The notes beneath the pieces are model-generated. The model did no database searches. It saw only the letters and a program-made list of their open reading frames with translations, and was not told where the DNA came from. The translations under genes and the position numbers were made by a program. Positions 1 to 13,261 of a stretch of 64,000 nucleotides of DNA are shown here, piece after piece. Every line of letters starts with the position of its first letter. The stretch's first letter is position 1. Origin of the DNA: Curvularia clavata (taxonomy: Eukaryota); NCBI GenBank assembly GCA_023920165.1, contig CP089276.1, positions 4,216,001 to 4,280,000 of the forward strand. Direction: 5' to 3'.

Positions 1-605
1 CTTAGGGCCGACCCCCATGACGTTGCCGAGCCTTGTTAGCTCCGTCCACGAGTCAGCATCCGGGGTATGGAGAACCTTTTCGCGTGCTAGCATAGTCTTC
101 AAGCCAGATACTTGGCGCAGAAAAGAAGATTTACCCATGCAACTCGCGGTAACGTAGGCCGAAAACAGGGACAGGTCTCCAAGTCTAGCAGACGTGTCAA
201 AATAATGATGGCTGGGGTGGGTGCAACCATCCGAGTTTGCGCCAAGCCATTTTTTTTTTTTCCTCTACACGCTCTTCTTCACCGACACGTTGCATGGCCC
301 AGGGTAAGGAAACAAATCTGCATTGGGAACGAAGAGCTTGTGCGGAGTAGGCGCGTGACCGTTTGTCCTGCAGGTGGAAAAGACTAGGCGGTCCCTGGCT
401 GCTTGCACCCCGCAAAACTAGTTTATATCGCAATCATTAAAGTTCTATAGCGAGCGGCTGTTCTTCTGGAGCCGATAAGGCCCTTCGGAACCACTTGAAG
501 CCATGCAGGGGTATTTCATTTTCGGGCTAATAGATGACGCTTAGAGAGTATGCTAGTGTCTGTCTCATACAGCCGTATCGTTAGGTTCTTGTGCCTTTGT
601 CGCAT

Positions 606-1337
606 TCATTGTTCCAGCGCAGCAAATTCCATCTCAACAGCATCCGCCATCTCGGCCAGTGTATCAAATCTCCAATTGTAGACCGGATCGTCGCGGTTGC
701 CCATGACTGCACCTGGCCTATAGATCCAGGAACTCTTAATGCCCATATCCTTGGCTGGATGGTGATCATGGTATTGAGACTGCGCCGTTTGAAGTACCTG
801 GTGCTTTTCTACTCCAAATTCTTCCTTGACGTGGCTGAGCATGTACTCAAAGTTCCTGGGATCCGGCTTGTAAGATCCAATATCCTGGGCAGTATATACG
901 GCATCGAACTTGTATCCCTTAAGTCCGTTTGCATTACCCCTCTTGAAAGAGTCGCGGTCCACGTTGGACAGGACAACCAATTTGTAAAACTTGGAAAGCC
1001 GCTCCAGCGCCGATGGAATATCGGGAAATCCAGGCCAATCTCCAATACTTGCTCCGAACCTCGTGCACTCTTCTTCGCTCGGCTTCTCCAATCCCAGTGA
1101 TTCGCATAGCTCAGGAAGTACCATTCCAAGGACCTCGGAGTACTTGAGTTGACCATGTTCCCTCTCAACACGGGCCTCGATCTTGTGCATGACTTGCATG
1201 ATGTGCTTACGGTCCATGTTCTCTTGACCAGATTTCTTAAAATGGGGCTGGAGTGCAGTTAATGCTCCAGCTTCCCAGTCTATCAGGGTGCCATAGACGT
1301 CAAATGACAGGAGCTTGAAGTCTGTGAGCTTGGCCAT
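606..1337 (-). CDS. HAD-superfamily hydrolase, haloacid dehalogenase type II-like
   Basis: Single-exon 243-aa ORF with FDVYGTLIDWE (motif I), LSNVD, SYKPD and AQSQYHDHHPA. Confidence 0.9.
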   Translation of the reverse strand: MAKLTDFKLLSFDVYGTLIDWEAGALTALQPHFKKSGQENMDRKHIMQVMHKIEARVEREHGQLKYSEVLGMVLPELCESLGLEKPSEEECTRFGASIGDWPGFPDIPSALERLSKFYKLVVLSNVDRDSFKRGNANGLKGYKFDAVYTAQDIGSYKPDPRNFEYMLSHVKEEFGVEKHQVLQTAQSQYHDHHPAKDMGIKSSWIYRPGAVMGNRDDPVYNWRFDTLAEMADAVEMEFAALEQ

Positions 1338-1847
1338 ATTGGATAGTCTTGTTAGATGCCTCGTTGTAGAACGTTATATGTATAACAAGATGAGGCCGGT
1401 CAACTAGAGTAAATGCTGGTGCTTCAGAAAAGTTGTTGTGTGGTTGTACAACTGCGAGTGATGCGACAATAAGGATATATGTTTAGAGCTTCTTGGGATG
1501 ACCTACCCCTCTCGATACAATGACGTTGGATTGTGGGGTATCGCCGAGACAACGCGCCCTTCGAACTACATCTCGGATATTTTGTTCCCAACATAATATC
1601 GAATGGCTATAGCCGTTTGAGAAAGACGCGGTATACGCTTCGTGCGTGTAGATCATAGATTATGACGTGCCATCTGATTGGTACCAGACCGGATACCCTA
1701 GATACTGGTCGCATACCATCCAACAAATTTTGCTATGATTCATCAAGCCGTTGTAGAAACACGCATGATTGTCATTCGAAATCTCCGTGGAATGCGATAG
1801 CTTTGTGCGGTATTATGCCGCAAGATTGACTCGTTATTTGTCTCTAA

Positions 1848-3036
1848 CTACGCACTAACAACATCGGCCTTCATCTCATACGGCAAGCTACCGAGCTTTG
1901 ACTCCAACACTTCTTTTGTCAATCTCCATAGATTTGACTGTAGCTTCTCATCCTTAGCCTGCTTTGAAGGCTCTTGCACCTTCTTATCAGGGACAATATA
2001 CGAGTTCTATAGCTGTTTTAGCTTGAGTCACACAACAACAAGTGGGGTCCAGTGATGCCTAGTCATTATGGTGATTCATGCTGACAGGGATATCGGCATG
2101 AAGAGTCATATGCATCAGTTGGTTTACAGCTTACCTGAATTTGATCCTTCACGACATCTGGTGATGTCGCCGCAAACAGCGCGGGGCGGCAGCCTTGGGC
2201 CACTGGGTCTTTCATAAAAGGCCGTACCGCATTCACACCAATCTTTCCCACAGTGCCGTATGCTTCTACGGCCTGGTTTTGTTGATCCGTGACTACGCCT
2301 CCAGGGTGTGTTGCGTTGATCCACGGCATGTTCAAACTGTTTGTCACTTGTCCGTATTCACCCGCCTTGATCAGAGAATAGAGTTGGCGGAGGAAAAGGA
2401 TCTGAGCCAGCTTGGTTCGGTTATAGAGTTTCGTGGCGCCGATATCCTGATTGATCTCCTCGATTGACTCAAACTTCATGCTTGAGTCTGCGCCCCTGTG
2501 TAGGTCGGATGACTGGTGTACAATACGGGAGTCTGGGGTCTTTTGCAAGATGGGCAAGAGAACGAGGGTGAGATGAGCCTGTGAGAACACATTGACTTGC
2601 ATATGGCTGTCCAAGCCATCGCGCGTTTCGTTGTATACACCAACACCAAGACCGGCATTGCAAATCAACGCGTCCAGCCTGTCTAGCTCATTTGCCAGCG
2701 ATTTGGCTACTTCGTCCACTTGCTTCAAGTCTTCGAGATTGCACTTCCGCCACTCGACTTTGCTTACATCGCCCCACTCTTTAAGAGCCTTTTGAGCTTC
2801 ATCAGCATGATCTTCCTTATTCGAAAGAAGATAGATCTTAGCAGGGTTGTGTTGGAGGAGATGAGCGACGATGCCGTAGCCAATGCCAGCGGAGCCGCCA
2901 GTCACTACATATACCTGAAGTTGAATTAGTACCTAATTATGTGAGGTGTAATCAAGTGCCTCACCTTTCCGCTCAGGTCAGGAATGTCGGTATTAGGATC
3001 GAAGGCGCCACCAATTGCTTTCTTGATTGTTTCCAT
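1848..3036 (-). CDS. Short-chain dehydrogenase/reductase (retinol dehydrogenase/WWOX-like), 3 exons
   Basis: ATG at 3036 (METIKKAIGGAFDPNTDIPDLSGK), intron ~2915-2964, then VTGGSAGIG, NAG and YNRTK motifs; intron ~2007-2134; last exon NSYIVPDKK...VVSA*. Confidence 0.85.
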
Positions 3037-4424
3037 GTTGGGTGAAGATTTAGTTAGACGCGCGAGTATTTTTTTAGTTCTGATAGATGGGCTTGAAGCT
3101 TTGAAAGTCTGGGTTTCAAGTGCTGTTTAAAACATTGTATACGAAGGTGTTATCCGTCATGTCGTCATGATGATTTGAACTGACGCAGGCAGAGCCTCCC
3201 ACTGTGGCGGTAACTGTGTGCTGCAGTGTGCACCAAGGCAATGCACAGAGTTTGCAGGGTCCAGGCCTCTTCTATTCGGCTGTTTCAGCTAGATACCATC
3301 AAGTGGGTAGCACAATGATTTGTGAAGCCTACGTGCCTACCCATAGGTACAAAGCGAAGCTTTCGATATGCAGCCCTACCTCTATTCATATACAACGCGA
3401 TGTTACGTACTCTGCGCAACGTATAATACGTTATCAACCGCACTTGATGTGAAATTTGCTAAGGTGTTTGAAGAAATCGTCATGTCGTAATTAGGAGAGA
3501 TTTTGGATGAGTGGCAACATCGCGCGTCGCGTCGTGGTAGCAGGTTGTCGAGGGTAACCCCGCAGTCTACAAAATAGTTTGGCTGGACAAGCTTCGACGC
3601 ATACTTCGACGTATCACATACCGTCTTAATTATGCTCTCTTCTGTACAGAAATAAGGACATTTTTCTGTTCAGCTTGGTCAATACGATTGCTTGAATGCA
3701 CCCTGACGTTATCATACGCAACACCCCACCTGCAACTACTCAAAGAAATCCGAATACCAACAGTTGATACGAAAAAGTCAATCCACTACCGTGACTATGG
3801 TCGCCAGACCGACATTCTGCTAAACGTTTAATTCTTGGTGCACCCATGGTGGGGTAATGACATGGGATGGTTGAGACCATGTATTGTATTTTGGGGAAAG
3901 CACGTGTCACACAAATGAGGTTTGATCTGAGAAGAACAGGTTGATTTCAATTGAGAAATGCTGTACCACTAATTTTTTCAGTATCATTCTCAGTTTCTTC
4001 ACCTATATCAGGTAACAGGGCTAAAACGAAGCATTACGATTAAAAAATATCTAGAGGCAGTGTTCGTTGGTCCAGCCATAAACACAATGAGCCGCTTTCA
4101 TGACGAGTGTGGCGATCCAGAGTGGGGTATATCTCAAACCAGCCGCAATGCGACCCAAGATCATCAAAATCCTCATCCAGGATTCCCTAGCGCCAGCGAC
4201 CAAGCCCGAAAAGCAGTAGAACGTGTAGCTCCAAATCATACATATCTTACAGTGAATGTGTTCAAATAAGAGAGCGAGCGATGACTCGCAGAGTGGATCC
4301 GAAACCGAAACGCCTCGCTAAATTAATGGTCCCGGATCCGATAGTGGTGGTGGTGTTACATATGTTACAATCGCGTGCTCTCGTAGGCACATTTCAGGAA
4401 GATTCTTGGAGAGTTTCCGAGCGC

Positions 4425-5354
4425 TTAGAAAAAGCCCTTACTCTTTCCAGGTTTAGGGCTCATAGGCCCAAAGAGCTTCATGTCCGTGTTCATCTTCTTG
4501 ACGAACACAAGGTAGGCTTCCAATGCCTCTTCTTGCGTATCAAATGTTTTGTCGCGGTTCATCCACATCTTGAGGTATTTGTCCGCACTGACGTCTTTCA
4601 ACGCCGCGTACCAACCACCTGATGACCGCTGTCGCAGGGAGATGGCTAGGTTCTTGCCTTTGAGGCCAGTGACCTTTGATACTTCGCGCAGACAGGCCTC
4701 GCGCAGGTCCTCGTCTTCGCTATCCTCCTCGTCATCGTCACTGTCAAGCGACGAAGATGATGAACTACGCTGTATTTTTGGGCGCGACGATGTACGTGTC
4801 TGGAGTTTGGGGCGCGCGGTCTTTTTGGGTTCCGGGGCGGGCTTTGATTCGGTCTTCTTTTTGGCGACAACCTTGGGCTCTGGAACCTTTTTCGGCGGTG
4901 CTGCTGCTGCTTTTGTAGTGGGAGGGCTCTTTGATCGCGATTTCTTTTCGCTGGGTCTGGAAGCCTTCTCAACCTTTTCTTTCGAAGGCTTGACCGTCTT
5001 GGATGTGGTGGAAGTAGCTTTGGCTGACTTGGATGAAGTAGTCTTGGATGAGGTTGGCTGTGTCGCCTTTGCTGGCGGCGGCGCTGCTCTCGATTTGAAC
5101 TGTTCGAATGGGCTCGGCCATGCGCCAATAGCCCTAGGCGTCTCTTCCACGGGTGGTGGCGAGTTCTTCTTCGATTTCGCGTCGGCTCTAGAGCCTTTGG
5201 AAGGAGTTTTGGGTTCCGGGGTCGACTTGGATGCTGATGTCGCCTTGATCGGGGGCCCTTTCCTGCCAGTCGAGACTGGAGGCGGAGGTGAGGTTGTGGG
5301 GACGGCGGCCTCTCCAAACAGTTGCCGCGCTCGGTCCTTTACGCTGGGAAACAT
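4425..5354 (-). CDS. Hypothetical protein: Pro/Lys/Ser/Thr-rich disordered region, acidic patch and ~80-aa C-terminal globular-looking domain
   Basis: 309-aa ATG ORF in good context (CACCATG) with coding-like composition; no family recognised. Confidence 0.7.
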   Translation of the reverse strand: MFPSVKDRARQLFGEAAVPTTSPPPPVSTGRKGPPIKATSASKSTPEPKTPSKGSRADAKSKKNSPPPVEETPRAIGAWPSPFEQFKSRAAPPPAKATQPTSSKTTSSKSAKATSTTSKTVKPSKEKVEKASRPSEKKSRSKSPPTTKAAAAPPKKVPEPKVVAKKKTESKPAPEPKKTARPKLQTRTSSRPKIQRSSSSSSLDSDDDEEDSEDEDLREACLREVSKVTGLKGKNLAISLRQRSSGGWYAALKDVSADKYLKMWMNRDKTFDTQEEALEAYLVFVKKMNTDMKLFGPMSPKPGKSKGFF

Positions 5355-6520
5355 GGTGTATGAGAAGCCAGGATGTACTGACTCGAGTAAACTGTGCGCT
5401 TAATTGTGAAGGCGGTGGAGAGGGTGCGATTAGGATTGCGACGCACCACTTTTGCAGCAAAGACAGTGGGCATCAGAACAGTGCGTAAGGGAGAAGGCAG
5501 AGACAGTGCGCAGGTGATGGCGACATTTCTGGAGACGTCGGGATAAGATACGAACCATTCTGGCAGCCTAGTTGGATTGCCAGGACAAGCCACTCGGCGG
5601 CGCACCGGCCACCATGTGAGCCGGAATCTGTTTTTGAAATAAGTGGAACAAGTTAGCGGTCGCTTCTAGAACGCGTGCGATGCGAGCAACGGTAGTAGGG
5701 GTAGTATGTAGGACACATGTCGCGTGAGGCCGCACATGACATGTCCACACGACTCTCGAGCATGGCGGTGTCTTCATCCACAGAACCCAGACGCAAGGCC
5801 GCATGAGATGGCGGGCCTAGGGGAGGGCAATATGCGCAGGCGAGGGCGAAAAGACGAACATGTTGCTTGGACACGTTCAAGGGGCGATGCTTCAACGAGT
5901 GGCCCCTTTCTCGGAACACCGGGCTGTGCGGGAAATTAGCAACGGGATGACCAACGGCGCGGCAAACATTCCTCGGAACGAGGATGATCCCAAGGCTCCG
6001 CAATCTTGAGTTTTTGGATGTCCAGGGCGTCTGGCGCTGATGTTTGTCGAGTGAAAGAGACGACGAGGCATGGCGCGGCGAGCGCTGGTGAGATGCATGG
6101 TATCATGCACGTCAGTCGAGGTGCAGAAACGGGCTCTGCATGCGGTTTAGCGTGCTCCACTCGTGCCCCTTAGCGCCCTCGATTTGCAAGTCACGTTCGG
6201 TCTTCAACACTGCACACGCAACCGCACCAACCGCCTGAGCCTGCTTTGGCCCTCACAACGAGCTCTCACCACATCCGCCAAGATACCCCATCGATGCAGT
6301 GGCCCGTATCAGCTCTCTGCATGATCTCTGAGCGACATCTGAGCATCCCAACCGATTTGTTTCTCCTCTCTCAACGTACACGCCGGAATGCTAGGATACC
6401 CCATTGCGTATACTCATTCCGGTAGTACATGGCCATGCTCCAAAGAATACAGTTTCGTATTGCTCATATCAAATGCTCGTCAACAATGGTGCACTGGAAA
6501 GACTAATTGCTGCCAAATGC

Positions 6521-7989
6521 TCATGCTTGAGCACTCACTGGCTTAATTCCCACCTCAGCCATCTTGGTCTCCTCAACCTTTCCTACGGGACTATCCACCC
6601 TCTCCACAACATCCGTCAGCCCCAGGTACTTCAGGTTAGCTGCCCATCCCAGGTCCTCGCCGAAGTAGCTCTTCATAACCTCAACACCGTACTTGATACC
6701 GTTCTTCGGGTCGTAGGTTAGGCATTGCTTGCCAACAGCTAGACCAATGACAGCATCCCATGCCGGCAGCTCCGTCATCTTGTATGGCTCGGATGATGAT
6801 CCGAGTTCTGAGTTAAGGATGGCCGAATAAATGTTTTGTGCAGCTGCTTGGCCCATGACGGTAGCACTGCCAGCACGCTTGATGCCTGTCCAGGCAATCA
6901 CATCACCGACGCCAAAGTGGGACGATGCATTTGCAATGGTGTCTTTGAACATCAAAGACTGATGTACCATGACTTCCTTGTCTTCGTTGAGACATTGTGC
7001 TGGCAAGATATCGGTGGTAGGTGTGCCCTTGTGAGTCGAGTCGATAACGAAGTCTGCTGTTATTGTCTCATTGTTCGCCAATGTGACACTATACCCACCG
7101 TTTGGCAGATCGTTGACAGTCGCCCGGCTGCCGAGGCGGAGCACGACACCCTCCTCCTCGAGAAGTATCCTCGCACGCTCCTTGACTTCTGCAGGTAGCG
7201 GCTCCGATGACAGGACCTCATTTCGCGAATGCACCAATGTGACGGCAATTTGCGGGTAGTGGTTCTTGATCTCAGCAGCAAACTCAACTCCTACGGCGCC
7301 GGCGCCAATGACGACTATTCTTCTTCCCTCGCACTGGGATGCATCTCCACCAGTGATTTTCTCGATGAAGGCCTTTCCGTCTCTTTGGTATTCTTCGAAA
7401 CTTCCGGACTTTGGTACAGCAGGGAAGGTCCTCTTCAGTCCTGTCGCCATGACGAGGTAGTCGTATGCCTGCTGTTGCGTTTGGCCATTGCGGTCGCACC
7501 ACTCAGCAACCTTGGCTTCAGGATCAATGTTCTTGATGCTTCCATGCTTAAAATGCAGGTTGGAATGCTTCAGCTCATTCAGATGACTGAATCTCTTCCA
7601 CATATGCGAAGTGTACTTGGATGTGACATGCGCAAGCGGAGCGCCTACGGAGTGGACTGCAAAACTCAGGCATTAGTTATGGGATCCCATGATGCAGAGG
7701 TGACGATGGCAGTGGGGTCAATCCCGGATCTTGAGCCTCGGCTAGAGGGGTGGAGTAACGCACAATACCCATCGCGCTCATCGATGACTGTAATTTCGAT
7801 GCCTCTTCTACTTCGTGCGCCCCCGAAGTCTGGTCCTGGGTAAACGCTTTGTCGTGCTCTGCCCTGTGAATATTCAAGCAAATTGATAACAGCAGAGACA
7901 CCGCCGTATGCGCATCCGGCGACCAGGATTCGATGAGGACTTGACAGACTGATACCACCTAGTGTGTCGGTGACGCCCTGAAGTCTCAT
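6521..7989 (-). CDS. FAD/NAD(P)H pyridine nucleotide-disulfide oxidoreductase, AMID/AIFM2-like
   Basis: ILVAGCAYGG...VIDERDG, YDYLVMATG, IVVIGAGAVGVEFAAEI and GVGDV; one intron ~7658-7764 (GTGCGT...TTTTGCAG) joins ORFs 7666..7989 and 6521..7603. Confidence 0.88.
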
Positions 7990-8741
7990 TATGAAGCGTT
8001 GATCTGATAACAGAAGGTTCGTGGGGGTAAGGAGACGGGATGGAAGTGATTGAAGGTGGGATGATCTGATTAGATTAGAGACGACGAGCAGAATGCCCGC
8101 TTCTTATTGCTAGCCTCGGAACGCATCAGACACGACACCGACGTCAATGCATCAGCCAATACCCAGCATACCGGCAATTCTCATTCCCACAAGCAATCCA
8201 CTATCACCGCAGAAGTGGAGTGCAGCACGTTATTGGTGGACGTCACACCATCTTATCAGATCCGAAAGTCGGCCGGTGCAAATTTTATCTGATGCCCCAC
8301 TCAGCAAACATGTACTACACCAGTAATTGTAACTTGCCAAGCATGCAACCAGGGCTGTGCCCCTCAACGATAATCGCACCATCTGTTATTTTCGGGTCTT
8401 GCAACACCCGATTGACGGCCTCTTGTCCAAGTTACCCCCGGTTGATCATTGGGCTATCAAGTCTACACATGCATTCTTCAATCGTCCGGTTCACCTATAA
8501 ACGAACCTATAAACATTCTGAGAAGGTACCCAATCTCAAAAACCCTTAGTTACAGGATAGCTAAATAAGACTTCCGAGGACAAGATCCGTGAACACGCAG
8601 TCATCAAGTCATTAAAAATACATCATCAATTCGAACGCCATCATATAAAAATAATCAATTACAGTTTGAGAGGTCTGTTCCCAATGGATAATCTTCAAAA
8701 TCTGCGCAACAACCCCATGCTCTTTGCCAAGTATCGATAAA

Positions 8742-10484
8742 TCACTCTCCCTTGAATCCGTCCACCAGCACAACAGGGCCTTTGTACTGCTTCCTTCCCC
8801 TAATAACATAATCGATGAGACTCAGAACAGCTACAGCTCCAAACATAACAACAGCCCAGTTAAACGACTCCAACTCAACGGGGGTGGACTCGGGCCAGAA
8901 ACACCAGAAAAATGCATGAGTAGCATACAGCACACCAGCAACGTTGACAGGAACACCCCATTTACCGAGGGACCAACGGCACGATGGGAGAAGTTCGGGG
9001 TGTCGGATGCGGCGATAGAGAACAGCGCCAATGGAGAACATGTATGTTATCATGAGGGCAACCACGTTGAGCGAAATGACTGAAGCCATAGTTAGTAAAG
9101 TCGACGCAATCAAGACGTAGAATACTGACTAGCGTTGAAAGCAACATCCGACCCGATGTTGATGAAGCTCAGAACAATGGTAAGCAGGCACGTCACCGTC
9201 ACAGCATTAGCAGGCACCTGTAGCTTGGGATCCACATGCCCAATCCAGCTGCTAAAGGGCAGGCCTTGGTCTCTGGCAAATGCCCAAGTTTGGCGCGATG
9301 TCGACAGGTTGTACGTCAGGGTGCCGGCGAAGATGAGAACGGTGGGGATGGTGTTGAGGGCCACAACGCCGCCGGCGGAAACGGCTTGGCCAAATACCCA
9401 CATGTGTGGATAGCCGGTTGCGTCGTTCAGCGCGGCATCGACATCCGTGATCATGAACATGTAGCTGATGAGGAAGACTATGCCCAGAGAACCGTTCATG
9501 AGGTATGCGCCGATCATGGCGCGGGGAACAGTCTTTCCCGCGTCCTTGATTTCTTCCGCCATGTGTGCCGCCGAGTCCGAGCCTGTCGGGCTTGTTAGTA
9601 TTCTTGCATAATATCGAAAACCATGTGGGTGAACGTACAGATGCAGGCATAGATGGCTGATAGCTGGCCCACCATGAGCGCCAGACCAGTCGAACTCCAG
9701 TTGCCGCCATTGGTGAATTGTGTAAATGTTACTTCGGCGGTAGCCCTGGGTGACAAGGTCCAGAAGATGATGATGATGGCCAGGAAACCAAATACGTGGA
9801 CTACCAACATGATGTTTTGGAAGACGGGCATGAATTTTGAGCCCCAGATGTTGAGAACCCACACCAAAATGGTTACAGCAATGACCATGAGTGTTCCTTG
9901 CCAGTTGGTGGGAGAGTAGTCGGGATACATGACAATGGCGGACGACTGGATCAGTGTGCCTACGAGAAACGGCCCGGACGCAGTTCCAGCCTGCCATGAT
10001 AGTGTCGACATCCATCCGATGAAGTAACTAAAGGGTTTCTGAACGCTGGGCGGGGAGAATTCGGACACCCAATGATACTGTCCGCCGGCCGTGGGTGCCA
10101 TAGAAGCCATCTCAGCGAGGGAGAGCATGACGGCGCTGAAGCCGAACCAGGTCCATACGAAACTCCAGATAAGGCCGGCTGGCCCTCCATCGACGAGACC
10201 TTGGGAGGTTGCACTGCTACTGTCAAATCTCGACCATTGGAAATCTACGACACGGTTACTCACGTCAAAAGAACCTCCCATGTACCCTGCAGAATAACAG
10301 TGAATGCCAACGCCGAAAGCGGACGATAATTTCTCTTCAGCTCCTGCACTTTTCCCATGCGCAACATGTCGGCTTGATCAGCCCTCGTGTGTCCCCTTAG
10401 AGACTGGTGGTATTCGTCGCTCTCGCCATCATGCGCAAGATCTGGCGCTTGAGCTCGCGACTCGAGCGCAACCTGCTTGTCCAT
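8742..10484 (-). CDS. APC-superfamily amino-acid permease (GABA/choline, UGA4/HNM1-like), 4 exons
   Basis: MGKVQELKRNY, GGPAGLIWS, SLAEMASMAPTAGGQYHWVSE, DSAAHMAEE, SRQTWAFARDQGLPFS; introns near 10215-10263, 9583-9638 and 9110-9130. Confidence 0.9.
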
Positions 10485-11752
10485 GGCTACAGAAGGTTGA
10501 TGGCGACAAGCAGCTATGGGCTAGCGTACACACTCACAGAGTCGCAGCGTGCCAAGGATGACTTTGCGGCAGTAGTGAACAGGGGAAGAAAAAAGAATAA
10601 GGGCGGAAGAAACGAAGGACCCGAGGAGCAGGATTGAAAAGGCCCGCGAAAGCATGCAAGAGAAGCAAAAGAAAAGCTAACGTGCGAACTGGAACACAGA
10701 CATACCGGCATTAGTGAAGGCCTACTAGCCTTGCTAACATTACATTACCTACACGGCTTGGATTGCCGCTTCCACGAAGTGGACCCCCGCTAGTCCTCTC
10801 CCCTCCCGCGTCTGTCATCCAGTACGATGCCCAGCCAGCCTTCTGATGTGGGATGTGTCAGGGTCACTCAGATGCACGTTTTGCCATCGCATGGATTGCG
10901 TGGCAGCCAGCCAACAGGAGCGTTGCGGCGATGCTGGCAGATACTTCACGCACGATGAATGGTTCGACGTTCAACCGGCCCTTTAACTCGCCAACCCTGT
11001 CACCACGCGGGCCGCTTCCCTCTTCCGGGGCTCAGCCGCGGCTAGACCCCTTGGCTTTTTGCAAGGCAAGAGTCGTGAGTTTGATTGCATTTGCCGCGGC
11101 TTTGTCACAAGAGGCAATTGGCGAGGCATGCTTGGAGCGAAGGCCTGTTGGCTCCGACTCTTGGCTAAAAACGTCGTAAAAAGAAACTTGGAGTTTGAAC
11201 AAGACCACATGTTCCGAGTGCATTTTCACTCTCCTTTATGTATTCCTTGTGAGTTTTCTGACAAAAGTTAATATTGCGTGTGGGACGGATAATCGGTGGC
11301 GGAACATTCCCGTGGGGGTGGTCCAACTCCACCAAGTCATGACCATCCGTACCGCCCGCGCGCGGCACAAAATGTGCCGCTAACGGGAGAGCAGTGCTAC
11401 ATGTCGTTAGCAGAATGGTCTTGGCACGCTTAGCATGGTAAGGCCTCGTCAACAGAAATATCGTATCCACAGAATAGAATTGATGGCCCCCTTGTAAGCG
11501 ACATGTCGCCTAGCATGGGCAAGGCGAAGAGGACGAGGTGCCGTGCCAGTGGTACATGTCCCCTCGACTGGGCGGAACGGCTGTCACCGTCAGCAACGCA
11601 TTGCAGTGGTACCCAGTGTGTGGTATTCCCACGCTTCGGCGGTATAGAGTCCTCCCAGGGCCGCTTACTGTCGCATCACACACTTTTGACGCCTGTCCTA
11701 TGGCATCTTTTTCAGCTGCACTGTCGCCCTGCTGTTCTTGCCGTCATTCTCC

Positions 11753-13261
11753 ATGGCAGGACATGTAATTCCTCCACCGTATGTCATCACAGAGCATGAC
11801 AAACGCGGCCTCATCGTTGTAACTGGCGCTTCCGTGTTGGCATTTGTCTGGTGCTGTTCTTTGATCCGGGTCTGGCTGCGCTGGCAATTGAAAGAATGGA
11901 GGTCTGATGGTGAGTATTTCTCATGCAACATTACACACAAAAGAATTGGCAGCACATACTAAGTATCTGGATCTGTGTGTATAGACTGGTGGCTGTCCGC
12001 GGCAACTTTGTTAGATACAGTTCAGACTGGCATCATTCTACACCTTGTTAGCCTGGGCCTTGGGGCCTCCGAGGAGGATATACCGTTGCCACAACGTGAG
12101 CAACTGGGAAGAGTGAGTTTCCGTCCTACCTGGGGACCATTATTGTGGATTTGCACCAGGATGTGAGACCCGAGTTCACGGAAACAGCAACTGACAGTTT
12201 GGATAGGAAGGTTTCGCGACCCAGATCATGTACGTCCTTGTGATCCTAGCCTCAAAACTATCCATACTGCTGCTTCACCTGCGGATATCGCCTGGAGGCT
12301 ACCATCGTGTTGCGGCACGAGCAATCATCGCCTTGTCGTGCATATGGGCCATTGTGGCCGTGGTACTTGTCTCAATACCATGTAACCCGACAGAGTTCTA
12401 CATGGATCCTAGTAAATGTACCAACATGGTATGCATATCTTCAGCCTTGTTCAAATGGCATGGTATAGCTGATTGTAACGGGCACAGTGGTCCAAATGGC
12501 TTGCAATCGGCACCCTCGACATCATCACCGAGTTTCTCATCTTTACCACAGCCATTCAACTGGTTCACTACCTCCAGATGCAGCGTTCGGTCAAACTCAT
12601 GGTCATATTCGCATTCAGCGCTCGGCTTCCCGTCATAGCCGTTGCCGCCGTCCGACTCTATTTTATTCGCCAGCGTGTCAACGGCTCGTATACCTTCGAC
12701 TACCTAATCGCAACGCAATGGCAAATGGGCTACGCGATTATGAGCTGCACAATCACTGGCCTGGGTCCGTTCTTGAAGCCCTTCGATAAGGAGTACGTGC
12801 AAAGCTACCATCATCACGGGCATAGCAGTACTCCTCGCTCAGCAAGCCAACACATGACGAGCTCAAACGTAAGCTCCATCTTGCCTCCGCGGCGGCAAGC
12901 CAGGAAGAACCAAGACAACATCTCCGAGTCCTACCTGATGGAGACCATGCCCTCTCGCAGTGACAGCAAGCGAACCATACCAGAGCCCCGCCGCTCTTCT
13001 TCTCCAGACCCATCTACGCCAGCCAACAGCTCGTCCCCAAATGCACCACCTGTGCTAACGGCAGATGAGTTCTTCCGCCCCATTCACCTCTACCGGGGCC
13101 ACGAAGCAGAAGTCTGGGTCGGAGAACGAAGTCCTAGTCTGGCACAAGAGGAGCTGGCAAAAGGCATGGGGGTATCAAGTGGTGCGAAACGGCCCAATCT
13201 CATCATTGGCAAGAAGAAGGAGTTTAAGATTGAAGTTGATCGGGCAAGTCGCGTGGTGTAG
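11753..13261 (+). CDS. Pth11-like fungal rhodopsin-domain integral membrane protein (no CFEM domain), 4 exons
   Basis: ATG 11753; introns ~11910-11983, ~12113-12205, ~12429-12487; SKLSILLL, IGTLDIITEFLI, FAFSARLPVI and QMGYAIMSCTITGLGPF; Ser/Pro-rich tail. Confidence 0.8.

Noticed and set aside
4549..5403. 284-aa plus-strand ORF and 223-aa alternate-frame ORF over the 4425..5354 gene
   Set aside because: Shadow ORFs of a low-complexity, GC-rich coding region
606..10484. HAD, SDR, AMID-like and permease as a biosynthetic cluster
   Set aside because: No backbone enzyme or regulator in view; adjacency alone is insufficient
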